A DNA stretch of 64,000 nucleotides from assembly GCA_004022145.1 (NCBI GenBank), contig RCNU01000021.1; one strand, given 5' to 3'. Shown one piece after another: positions 37,668-48,928 of the stretch (the stretch's first letter is position 1; each line of letters starts with the position of its first letter). The notes under the pieces are model-generated. The model did not search any database, was not told the DNA's origin, and saw only the letters and a program-made list of their open reading frames with translations. This DNA comes from Paecilomyces variotii (Eukaryota). The translations under genes and the position numbers were made by a program.

Positions 37668-38720
37668 TCAGATCTCGCTCAAAAGCTTCGTCGTGTCCAC
37701 CACCTTGCTCAGTTCCGTCACTGTTTCGTCCCACACCTTGCGCTGCGTGATCCGGCCCGAGTCGCTGTCGCCGTATCCTGCGAATGGAGCCTGTCTGTTG
37801 TCACTCAAGTACTTCCCGTTGCTCTCAGGCCCAGCCACGACAGCGGCGTGAACCAGCGTACGAGCACCCATCGAGACGGGCCGTCCGACCACGCGCTTGA
37901 CACCACCCAGAGCCTTGCCTAACACCCCTTCCGCGCCGCGATGGAGCTCCGAGCCATAGCAGAAACCAGGGTTCACCAAGTTGAGGACCGCTCCCGATGA
38001 CTGCTGCGTAGGAGACCGGTGATGGCGCATTAGCTCAAGGAAGAAAAGCTGGTAGAGAAGCTTAGACGTGTAATAACGATCGCCCATATCGAAGTATTCC
38101 TCAGTATTCAGTGTCTGCAAGAGCGTCATATGCTGTTTAGTCGCGATCTGAGCCTCCTTGAATTTCGCCCACGCCGCAGTCTCGCTACCCACGATGGAGA
38201 TGATGGGACGCGGACGGCCGATGTGCGCGGCGGCCTGGTTGTCCAACACGGGGAGAAGCAGCAGCGTCATCAGGGCCGTGCTCAGCCAGTTAACCTGAAT
38301 GCTGTTCTCATTGCCAGTGGACGCGTTCAGTCCGAACTCGAAGCTGGCTACTCCCGCGTTCAGGATGGCAAAGTCCAGGATGATCCCGGATTGCTTCAGA
38401 CGGTCCACAAATGAGATGATGCTGCTGTAATCTGCCAAATCGAGCTCCCAGACCTCTACCACAGGGGGCTTGCTCGACTTAGGCAAAGAGTCGAGAAGTC
38501 GCTTGCGCGCTTCTTCTCCTTTGGACACGTTTCGCACCGCCATAATGAGCCGCGTGAGGCCCAAGGAGAGCAGCTGGGAGGCGGCGTGGTATCCCAACCC
38601 GGTGTTGGACCCAGTGATCAGGCCGGCCCGTCCATATAGACTCACAGAGGATGGGGCCTTGGAGGGACAGATGAAGAATTGGCGATAGAGGAAGCCCGGA
38701 TAAGTGTTGTAGAAATGCAT
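37668..38720 (-). CDS. Short-chain dehydrogenase/reductase (retinol-DH-like), intronless
   Basis: TGSNTGLG, LNAG, YYTSK and NLVNPGFC motifs; 350 aa. Confidence 0.92.
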   Translation of the reverse strand: MHFYNTYPGFLYRQFFICPSKAPSSVSLYGRAGLITGSNTGLGYHAASQLLSLGLTRLIMAVRNVSKGEEARKRLLDSLPKSSKPPVVEVWELDLADYSSIISFVDRLKQSGIILDFAILNAGVASFEFGLNASTGNENSIQVNWLSTALMTLLLLPVLDNQAAAHIGRPRPIISIVGSETAAWAKFKEAQIATKQHMTLLQTLNTEEYFDMGDRYYTSKLLYQLFFLELMRHHRSPTQQSSGAVLNLVNPGFCYGSELHRGAEGVLGKALGGVKRVVGRPVSMGARTLVHAAVVAGPESNGKYLSDNRQAPFAGYGDSDSGRITQRKVWDETVTELSKVVDTTKLLSEI

Positions 38721-39725
38721 CTTCGGTTGTTCGCCTTGGGAGACGAGAGTGGTAGCTGACAGGAGAAGATAGAGGATTTTGACAGACAGGATAGGAATTG
38801 AAGGAAACGGTTACCTTCTTATTGTGCTATTACCACTGCTGCCCGGGCACTGAGCGTTGTGGCGAAAGAGAATGGCAGCTACACTTTCCGTTCAGGAGTT
38901 AAGTCATGGCCATCCGTCACACCATGAATGTGCTGTTACCCTGACGGCTGTTGCAGTAATAATTAGCAATAATATTGAAGGAGCGACGGTTGCGTTCCGG
39001 AACCAGATGAGGTGAATTGTATGTAGATGTAGACTATGTACTACTAAAATCACTCCACCGCCGGTGCCGTTCCGACGGTGCTGTCCCCGCTGCTGATTGG
39101 CTAATTCGGATTTATGCTGCTGCGGGAGGATTATCTCCGAATGGCAGCCTGAACTCTAAAATGCGCCTAGAAGAACGACGGTGCCGTTCCCCCCGCACTT
39201 GGCAGAGCTGTCAATTACTACAATGCAGTCATAGTACTCTTACACTCTGTGGCACATCCATCTTAAAAAGATATAGTGGGCCGCTTGGGCTGCTAGGCAG
39301 CTTTAATTTAAAGATTGATTTTATGTTCAGGTCATAAGCAGGTTATCCCAATTAAAGGACTCTAGTAGCATAGTTAGTCTCAAGAGATTACCTATCAATA
39401 GGAATCGAATACAGTAAAGGCGGTCGTAACTAATATGAATATTTTATTCAGCCAACCATTAATATTTCACAATTTAATGCTACCTCATACTAACAAAATA
39501 CCAGACGAAAACCAATAAAAAGGCAACAATTCGAGTCTACAATGAATATATATATATACGAAGCTATTAAATAAATTTATCTATATAATGGTTCTAGGCT
39601 ACATATTCCCACATATGGGGTAATGATAGACAAGCAAAACAGAAGATTAACGTAGAAGCCAAAGGATAGAAGAGGCTTGGCACCAGAGAGGCAGATCCAA
39701 GAACTCTCCAGTTGGGCTGTATACA

Positions 39726-41498
39726 CTACTGCACCAAAGGGTTATTAAACCGGAAGAGGTTCTTGGGGTCCCATGTCTCTTTCAGGCGAAGCAGCCGTGG
39801 AAGTTTTTCCGCGCCATACATGTCCGATAGACTCTCAGTTCCATGCGCATAGCTCACGTAGACATGGAAATCGTCGAATCCACTCGTTGCGTTGAAGGCC
39901 TTCACTGCCTGGTTCGCGAACTCGTTCACGCCCTCCTCTGCGGAAAGATCGGTCAGGTTGAACGAGAACATCCTGATATTCGAGTTAGAAAATATATATA
40001 TCAATACTTCACTCTTTGCCGCCCGATAGGAAGCTGCAAAGGGAGGGGGTTCTTACTCTTGAGCTCGAATCGCGCGGTGAGGATATGCAGTCAAGAAGTC
40101 GGGGACAGCCTCGATTGCCTGTATGGGGAAGAACTCTATTTCCCAGGCACTTCCTGATGCAGATGGGTAATTCTCATAGAAGGCGGTTAGATTGTTGAAA
40201 TAGTCGAGGTGTGTCTGGAGGTCCAGCGTCTTGACTCCCACGGAATACATGTCGTGCATTTGGCCATCTACGCAGAACATGCTCCCTAACCCAAACCCGG
40301 CCGAAGAGTCTACCATATCCCAACTCACTAAACTGATATTCTTTTCGATATAAGGAATATCCATAAAGGGCTGGATTAGATTCAGAGCTTCGTGCTCTGG
40401 TCCGGGATAGACGGCATTCAGCAGGATGACGGTCTCCTGGTGAGGCTATTAGCATGTTACATCCAGGATCACCTTACGAAAGGGAGCCGCTTACATTGAT
40501 AGTTGTGTTCCTCACGACCAGGGTGTACAGGGACAGTGCTGGAGGTAAAGTCCCGAATGATGTCAGTGCCTTGAAGAAAGTCTCGTTGGAGCTAGCGGGG
40601 AACAGGAAATCCGCATTCACTACAACCCCGCCGTTGGTCAAGTCATAGACCTCATACCTGGCTTCTGTGATGATCCCATAATTGAACCCGGCCCCGCGAA
40701 TGCCCCAGAAAAGATCCGAGTTTTCAGTTTCTGACACAGTGATCAGGTCTCCAGATGCCGTGACGAGATTGACAGATTTGAGGGCGTCTATGATGAGCCC
40801 GTGAAGACCCTGGTACCTGCCAACGCCACCTCCCAGGGTTGCTCCAAGCATGCCGACACAAGGACAGGATCCGGTTTCTAGCAGCAATTATCAATGGTTA
40901 GCTATCGTTCTTGAGGAAAACACTGGTCTTCCAGCACCACAGGGGGCAGGAGCCATACGGATTTCTTTCCCGGCTTCAAACAGCACGGGCATGAGATCTT
41001 CGAAGGCGACGGATCCGCCAACTGTCATTCTGTTCGCGCTTGCATCGACGGTTGTTTTGTTGAAGAAGCCCAGGTCGACCTTGATACCGTTCTCCAGAGC
41101 ACCGAACGAGGTGCTGTACCCGTGGCCTCGTCCGGACGCGAGAAATGGCACATTGTTGACTGCCGAGAACTTTACCTATTCGAAGCTGTTGGCCTAGGAT
41201 CATTTCTAGAAGGGCAAAGGAGAAAGCATTCCTAGCAAAACAAAACGAAGGTTGATACTGCGATACTTACAATTGTCTGCAGATCTTCCACCGATGCAGG
41301 CTTCAAAGCTGCCACGAAGGTTGGTTCGTCATAGGTTGTCCATCTTTGGATGCTGTCGGTCCAGTTTGCATCTGAGGGGTAGAAGACCTCGGTCGATGGG
41401 CTCAGCTCTGACAGAAGCGCTGTGATGTCGTAGGCCACCGTAAATGCACTCAACGTCAAAGCTACCGAAAGGAGGCCTGGGAGAGAACGCGCAATCAT
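39726..41498 (-). CDS. Secreted FAD-linked (BBE-like) oxidoreductase, VirF/FogF/SrdI-like; about 5 exons
   Basis: Signal peptide MIARSLPGLLSVALTLSAF, SGRGHGY covalent-FAD His, CVGMLGATLGGG, DLFWGIRGAG and C-terminal LKETWDPKNLF. Confidence 0.9.
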
Positions 41499-42063
41499 TT
41501 TCACGAGGGCTGTACTGCCTGCGGATGCAAGGCAGCGTGACAATGAGAAGTGGGAAAAAAGTATGTATAACTGGACTGCAGTGAAATCGAAGGAACAGGA
41601 AACTTATAGCTTCTATAGGTGACATACATAAGGGACTATCGCAAAAGAATTCCTAGTGCACAAGGCTTACTGGGGTTTCAGACCCCAAACCAGATGAAGA
41701 ACGCATCGAGTCATTACGAGCGCAGCTGATCGGCGTGTTTACTTGGACCCATAAAAATAGGTGCGCAGAATATCGAGAGAACGAACGAGATCCAAGCACG
41801 CGAACTGCTTCGGAAGTTCCCAGAGTTCCCGTACCGGGTCAGATTCAGCCTGCAGCGTGGTCCGGTCAAGGTCAGACTGCATAGGTAAGTACATAGGTAC
41901 CCAATTTGCGTCAGGGACCTGTCTGACATGGTGTTTGCTAAGTTTCCCCACCCCCTTATAGAATATCCAAAAGCGTGAAGAGATTCTCCAAAGGATTCTC
42001 ATCAGGCTCCAGAAGAATTGGCTATTATTGTTCCCAGCCCAGCGCACTGTATCCATAGCAGCG

Positions 42064-44434
42064 ATGTGGTCCAATTCCATCAGCCCCGAACCGTACCAAT
42101 CGGTGCCGCGCCCAATCAGAATTGCTCATGTGGGTTCGGGCACTGCAGGGCTGATCACTGCGTACAAGCTACTACCGTCCTATGAACTAGGTACTTAGTG
42201 CTTTACGAGAAGTACGTCCTCTGTAATCAATGTTTTTGTTTGTTTCTGTACAAATTGCATTGATTTCGGGTCTTGGGAATTCCGCAGTGGGTGGCACCCG
42301 GCTCGGAAATCGGTGCGCTTCCGGGTCCATACACATTTCACATCTTGCTTTTTTTTTGTACTTCCGGGATGCTAGTAGTGAATATGGTCTGATATCATTG
42401 CTGGTGCGTCATGCAGTTTAGATATCCCGGAGTCGGATGCGATGTTCCGTCGCATTCCTATAACTTCACATTTGAGCCAAACCCGGGGATGGAACGGGTA
42501 CTACCTTTCCGGCGATCAGCTCCAGGAGTATTTCGTGAATTTCGCCGAAGAGTATGACCTGGAGCATTTCATTAAATTCGAGACCAAAGTCGTGAGCGCG
42601 TCTTGGTTGGAGGAAGAAGGCCAATGTATATAAGTACTTCCCTTGTCTCTGGGGAAGAGCACCTCTCCTGTCCTGTCAAAATATCGACCAACCTTGATCT
42701 CCGCATCCAGGGGAACTGGAACTAGAAAGGAAGGATAGAACAAATTCTTGATTAACGGTTCAGGGCCTCTCAACAAGTGAAAATGTTTGATGCAAATCCC
42801 AGTCATGCACAAGACGCTGCAAGACTAACATGTGCAATACTCAGGGCCGGCGATTGAAGGTCTTCAGACCTACAAGGGGATCCTCACCCACACTGCAAAC
42901 TGGGATCAGGATATTGACTGGAAGGACAAACGTGTCGCACTTATTGGGGTCGGGTCAAGCGGTGTCTAAATCATTCCAAGGCTGGTCCAAGGAGTACACC
43001 CCTCCCACAACACCCACAACTTTATCATATCTTCACAATATCCAGTGCCTCCGCTAGTTCAATGGTTGACCGCAACGGAAGACTGCTCCTCGTTGACTGT
43101 GTTCGTTCGATCCACGCAATGGATAACCCTTCCAGCTGCATGGCAAGATCTGCGGATGATCCGGAAAAGTCCGCAATGCCTGCACCTGCTGGAAAGCATT
43201 TCTACACTGAGGAGGAGAAAAATCTCTTCCGGACGGACCCAGAGAAGTTCCTCGAGTACCGCAAGAAAGTTGGTGGAGTCATGCAGGAGCGCTTCCCAAT
43301 CTTCCTAAGAAGTCATCAACCTCGCGAGGCCACCATTCCCATAATTACGGAATTGGTCAAGGCTCGTGTTGGGCCACATGGCGAATTTTTGGTGAAAATC
43401 TTCACACCAAGCTTTTCCCTGGCTTGTCGTCGACCGACGGTAAGTGCTCATGTCGTTTTATAGTTCTCCTTCTTTGAGCGAGGTTGATCCTGGGAATCGA
43501 GATTCTGCAGCCTAGAGAAGACTTCCTGGAAGCTCTCACTCAAGACCGTAAGTGGCTATCCAAGCATTGGTCGCTGCTTGGGTGCTGACCTGAATTTCAA
43601 GACCCCCGAGTCGTATCTGGCGAAATCAGCAGGTTCACAGAAACAGGAATCCAAATGAAGGATGGAAAGCATCTCGAGTTCGACCTAATCGTGTGCGCGA
43701 CCGGATTCGATGTCGCAATTTGACCTCATTAGTATGATCCTAACTCTGCAAAGATGGAACGCAGGCATTAACCAGGGACAATAGCACCTGCGGGAAGACT
43801 AGACCGAAGTACGTTTACCTTTCTCTCGCGCACGTCATAAGTGATCGTGGCTGATTTCAAATTATCGTAGCAACCGAATGTTTACCTCAGTGTGGCCTCT
43901 CCAAACTTTCCAAATTTCTTTTTTATTGGAGGACCGACCGGTAACTAGGCACAAGGCTCTATTTTGATCATAGTTAGTGCCCTTTCCTTCCGCCGTCAAT
44001 TCCATAGCTAATGGAAATCTCGATGACTGAGAGGCCGTAGCACGAAATTCAAGCCGAGTACGCGCTGCAGTGCGCCGCAAAAATCAGTTTGGAGAATCTG
44101 CACTCGCTCGTTCCAAAGCAAGAAGTGACAACACAATGGCGCCGCCATGTTGACGACTAACACGAAGCAAACTCCGTTTGGGCAGAACCTTGCGAGTCCT
44201 GGATGAAATATAGGGGGAAGATTCAGCTCTGGAGTGGGAGTATGCTGCACATGATCAAGACACTACGTAGTACGCACGCCACGGTATGAAGACTGTGAAA
44301 TCATCCGGCGAGATAAGGACATGTGGAGATTCCTTGAGAACGGGCGTACTCTCTTGTAACTGCGGCAGGAGATGGGCCAGGATGTGGACATGGCGCCCTT
44401 TACTCGCATTAGTGACGAGCCTGAACTAAAATAA
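42064..44434 (+). pseudogene. Baeyer-Villiger/flavin monooxygenase pseudogene
   Basis: IAHVGSGTAG, fingerprint YKGILTHTANWD, RVALIGVGSSG and CATGFD are present. In-frame stops occur at 42778-42780 (NK*K) and 42967-42969 (GV*IIP), with further lesions downstream. Confidence 0.85.
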
Positions 44435-44705
44435 TAAGTATAGTCTCTGCGCGACTGTATCTCATGCGCCTATCACTTGGTCTCTTCCCCCAGCTGCAAT
44501 GGTTGCGGGGAGAGCTTGACGGCTCCTTCATTTCATTACGGTTATATAGTCGATTAGTTTCGGTGTTCTTAGGCTTAGCTAAGGAATAAAGAGCAGCTAT
44601 CACTACTTAGTGCATAGAACACAAACGTGACCGAGTGTCTCATTGTTGACCACCACGTCTTAAGTCACACTCCTCTTTATTCAAGCGTGCCGACAAACCT
44701 CGAGG

Positions 44706-45755
44706 ATGGCTACGCCCACGCCGGGCGGATATCGCTCCGCCACCGAATACTGTTTTAGCGAAGAACAGGCTGACGCCATTGTTCGAACCACTGCCTACTA
44801 TCGCAAAGACTACTGTCTCTCTGTGATCTGGTTCCCACCTCGTGAACATGTCGATATTCGTCTGTCGGTAGCAACGCCGTTCCGGCTGACTTCGAACGTT
44901 GGACTCGGCTCTCTCGGGCGGCTACCCCTCGAGCTCTTGCATGACACATTGTTCCATCTGGATATGCATTCTATATTCAAGTTTCGACAAGTAAATATCA
45001 GATCGAGACAGATAGTAGACTCTCTCAAGGAGTATCAGATGGTAATCGCGCATGGACTGAATCTTCTCTGCGCCTTGTTAAGAACACGACTTGCTATCGT
45101 CACTTCTTTATTCGACTTCTACGAGGCACTTTGTACGAAAGCCTGTACTTATTGTGGAGACTTCGCCGGATTTATATCGCTCTTAAATTGGAAGCGATGC
45201 TGTTTCAAATGCCTCCAGGAAGCTCCGGAAACGCAAGTACAAACTCTTGCCGCTGTCCGAAAGCATCTCCACTTGACTAAAGTCGAATTGGACGGAGTGA
45301 GGTCATTCAAGACCTTGCCTGGAATCTATTCGATGAAGGAATCTGTACACAAATCTCGCATTGCGATTGTTTCTGTCCAGCAGGCTATCTTGGCTTGCAG
45401 ACAGTACTCGCACGTGGCACAAGCCTACTTAGCGATCTCAGAACTAAATCCAAAATTCAGCTTTATGGCGTCCTGTGCACTCCCGTATTACGATAAGCAG
45501 ACTGGCCAAGTTGAACACGGAATGTCGTGTGCTGGTTGTCAACTCGCTCTCGAAAGAGACATCATCGGCACTAGGGGCGAGAAATGGGCATTTGAGGCTC
45601 GAGACAAAGTATATGCACGAGATAGTTTTTTGGAACATTTTCGATGGTGTGAACAGGCACAGCTCCTCTGGAGGTCGAGTGGCGAGGGTAACAACCGGCC
45701 AACTGAGCTACCTGAGGCTGCTCGGAGAGGAGGCTACTTTAATAAAAGAGTATAA
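44706..45755 (+). CDS. F-box domain protein
   Basis: LGRLPLELLHDTLFHLDMHSIFKFRQVN F-box-like motif plus Cys clusters; intronless, 349 aa. Confidence 0.8.
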   Translation: MATPTPGGYRSATEYCFSEEQADAIVRTTAYYRKDYCLSVIWFPPREHVDIRLSVATPFRLTSNVGLGSLGRLPLELLHDTLFHLDMHSIFKFRQVNIRSRQIVDSLKEYQMVIAHGLNLLCALLRTRLAIVTSLFDFYEALCTKACTYCGDFAGFISLLNWKRCCFKCLQEAPETQVQTLAAVRKHLHLTKVELDGVRSFKTLPGIYSMKESVHKSRIAIVSVQQAILACRQYSHVAQAYLAISELNPKFSFMASCALPYYDKQTGQVEHGMSCAGCQLALERDIIGTRGEKWAFEARDKVYARDSFLEHFRWCEQAQLLWRSSGEGNNRPTELPEAARRGGYFNKRV

Positions 45756-45879
45756 CAAGGATGTGAAAGTGTTCGCTAATGTATTGCAACGAGACTGTCT
45801 GCAAAAGTGACTGGGAAAAAACTAGAAAGTGGACTAATTCCTAGACACCTCAAAAGTACTGTATAATGCAGCCGCGCAT

Positions 45880-46230
45880 CTCAAAAGCTGTTCTTTAATC
45901 TTCCAGAATCACTCCATTTTGATCCGTGTATTTCACTGGCGCGTCTGGCTTGACCAGATGTCTTGAACAATAGTTGGTCGAATCCTTGCCCCATTGTTTA
46001 GTAACTGGATGACATTTGACGTTGGTTCACTGGCGCTCTGCGCACTGGATGAATTCCATCTCCTTCTTGCAGCCGGATGTATATTTGATAAATTTCGAGG
46101 TGCACATTTTAGCCTAATGGGATATCCCAAATTAGATAAGCGCTGGACATAGGGGATAACTGTCTGCTTACGATGTCTAGTTAAGCAACTTGCGCACGTT
46201 TGCTGGTGATGAATGCAAGTGATTAACGCG
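45880..46230 (-). mobile_element. Degenerate pogo/Fot1-type transposase fragment
   Basis: YVQRLSNLGYPIRLK resembles the CENP-B-type HTH. A downstream KYTDQNGVIL resembles the NMDETGV DDE motif. The frames are broken and no TIRs were found. Confidence 0.45.
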
Positions 46231-46501
46231 GAGTAGAGCTGCACTTGCGATATCGAGAAACTTTGTATAGCGTTGTTGGGAGGCCAGGCCCTTCTATTCG
46301 GAACTGTCAGTTAACAAACGAAGAAACGCAATACACATTAAATCATAAATTTATATCTATTTAGATTTCCGTTTCTTAATTGGCTTGATCAGTTATTTAA
46401 AATAAGGCAGATCAATATTTTGTTCAAGTGCGGTTAGAGAAATAAATACATATAATATAAAGTATATACGCTATAAGCAAAACCTTTCTTAGCCGTTAAA
46501 G

Positions 46502-48237
46502 TCAGGTTCGAGTCTCCTTGTAGGTATCTATCACAGTAGCTTCTACCTCTTCGTTAAAGACGTCTACCTGGGTTGACGCGAATTTCCTTGCGCTGACGCC
46601 GCGTTCAAAAAGCATATCCAGCTCTGCGAACGATCGGCCACGAGGCTCTGGCAAGCGGAAATAAGTATATATAATGCAGCAGAAGCAGATCCCGGCCCAG
46701 AAGAAACCGGTAAAGTTCCCCCAGTTCCAGGCTCCAGGGTTTAACATGTATGGCGTAAGGACACCGGTAATAATGCCGACGATGTTGTACAAGTTTCGGC
46801 CCAGCACGACTGTCTTGATCTGTAGCCGCCGGGTAGATAGTTCGGCAACTAACGAGTAACAAACAGTGCCAACTGTGATCTGGTAGAAGAACGCCCAGGC
46901 AATCATCATGCTGCCGGTAGCCATCGATGCCTTGTCACGGCTGTTCTCCGGTACCAAGCCCAAGAATCCCATGACAAAAAGCATGACAAAGAGAGCGCAA
47001 AGGCCATAGAAGTAAAGAGATCGACGGCCAACTCCCAACGTCATAAGGAACCAGGAGCCGAAGACACCGACTATATTGATGGCATACTGGCCCATGGCGA
47101 ACGAATAAGCATTCGATGCGCTCAAACCCGCTTGTTCGAGGAAGTAAGTCGAATAGTTCGAGAAGCTGTTTCCGCTGAGGTTCTGTATCGCCCAGGCCAT
47201 GCATACAATCTCGGTACGTCTTAGGTCTGTGCCCTTGAAGCAGTCCCAGTACGTCGTGCCTTTCGTGATCTTCTGTTCGAGTGCTGTCGTATGGACCATC
47301 ATAGCGATCGTCTCATCCGGGTCGAAATCCGTTTCCCGATTCAAGCTCGTCAAGCGCAGAAGGGCACGCTTGGCTGCCTCGATCTTGCCCTTTCTTACCA
47401 ACCACCACGGAGATTCAGGTGCGAGACAGATGCCAATGAAGAGAGGGAGGGGCCACATCCACTGCAATCCATAGGGAATACGGTACGCCCACTCGTCATC
47501 GCGGCCTAGCATTGACTTGATCACACCGATTCCTATTAGCTGGCCCACGCCCCAGCAGCAGTTGACATAGGTTGTCAGGTAACCCCGGAGTGCGACTGGG
47601 CACACCTCAGATGCGTAGGTAACTGTCAATGTTTGGAAGACACCCCAGGGAATGCCGCAGAGGATCTCCGCCGCCAGTAAAGCCTGGACATTCGCCGCCG
47701 TGAAGAAAATAGCAGTCCAAGCAGCCACGAGTACCAAGCAGGCCATAATAGTATAGCGGTATCCGAATCGCTCTGAGAACCACCCATTGATAAAGAGGCC
47801 GATGATTTCGCCTACCATGGCCCCGTTACTAAGACCAGCTTGCCACTATACAGACGTTTAGTTTTCTAGTTTACGGCATTCAGAAACACAGATGCGGCAG
47901 ATCTACGTACCCTGGCGGGCACCTGATATGTTCCATCAGGCATCTGTTCCCCATATTTCCGGTTAAAGGCGGGAAAGGCGTAAAAATTGTTCACCAGACA
48001 AATATCGTAGCCTTCCATGACAATGCAGGTCGAAATCAGCAAACTCCAGGCCATTGCCTTTGGATACAATTTGATGCCTTGTAGTAGGGTCATATTTTGT
48101 TCCTTCTCCGTCGCGATTTTTGCATTCTCGATGACTGTCTCCATGCCAGTGGCAGATTGGGTCTGAATTTTGGCCTCGAGAGACAGGGGAGTATTGCTTT
48201 TGGCGACGCCGCCATCTTCAGGCTTTAAGTCTGCCAT
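46502..48237 (-). CDS. Sugar porter, maltose/alpha-glucoside permease family (MAL11/MalP-like), 2 exons
   Basis: IVMEGYD, YASEVCPVALRGYLTTYVN, APESPWWLVRKG and PEPRGRSFAELD motifs. Confidence 0.92.
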
Positions 48238-48928
48238 GTTATCTTGTGGACCACCCGTGCTGTGTGATTCCTTCGGCGTCGAGTGAAGGGGAGCACGAGG
48301 GCTTTGTAAAATATTGCGGCAGTCAAAAAAGTTTACGGGGAAGCGCAACGCCCCTAATAATTGCACGGGGGCGGGGGAGCATTGAATGCCGGCGCTAGTC
48401 GTCTAGTGTCGCTTGGAGGCGAACAGGATAATCATAAATAATAATGTCATTAGTCCGAGTATCCGACTACCTGAGTGTCGGTATATTATTATTATAATTA
48501 TAATTAATTTAGTCCTGGACAAGCATTGGGGAAATCATGGATCTCGGCCTTAGGAAAATGAGGGCTAAGCCCCGCTAGCGTTGCCCTAGTCACATGATTC
48601 TACCGCCCGCAGTGCGAGAATCTTCCAAGCAGTTTTTTAGAAGTCTGGGCCTAGACGAGGCACTACTACTGATTAATAAGAACAGGTTAGTGTACTCTCA
48701 AGAGTAGGGGCAAGCGTTGAGGCAAGTCCTTGATCGCCTCCGAGGCATCTCCAGTGAGATCGACACACACTGTTGGCACGACAGAAAGACAGTATGTAAA
48801 CTCTTGCAGGATATTGATCACGCCAATCTGTATATACCATATTTCATGTACTGATTATAAGTAGATTAAGCCCCACCTGGCCCTGGTGGAAAAAACCTAT
48901 AACAGCCGCCTACCACCATAAACCCATA

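Larger units (their letters stand above)
16353..41498. other. HR-PKS salicylaldehyde/salicyl-alcohol-type biosynthetic gene cluster
   Basis: Contiguous HR-PKS, SDR, cupin, SDR, bZIP, P450, TF, SDR and FAD oxidase. This is the same core enzyme set as the srd, vir and fog clusters. Confidence 0.85.

Noticed and set aside
41739-42080. 113-aa minus-strand ORF
   Set aside because: It lies in the divergent promoter and has no recognisable motif.
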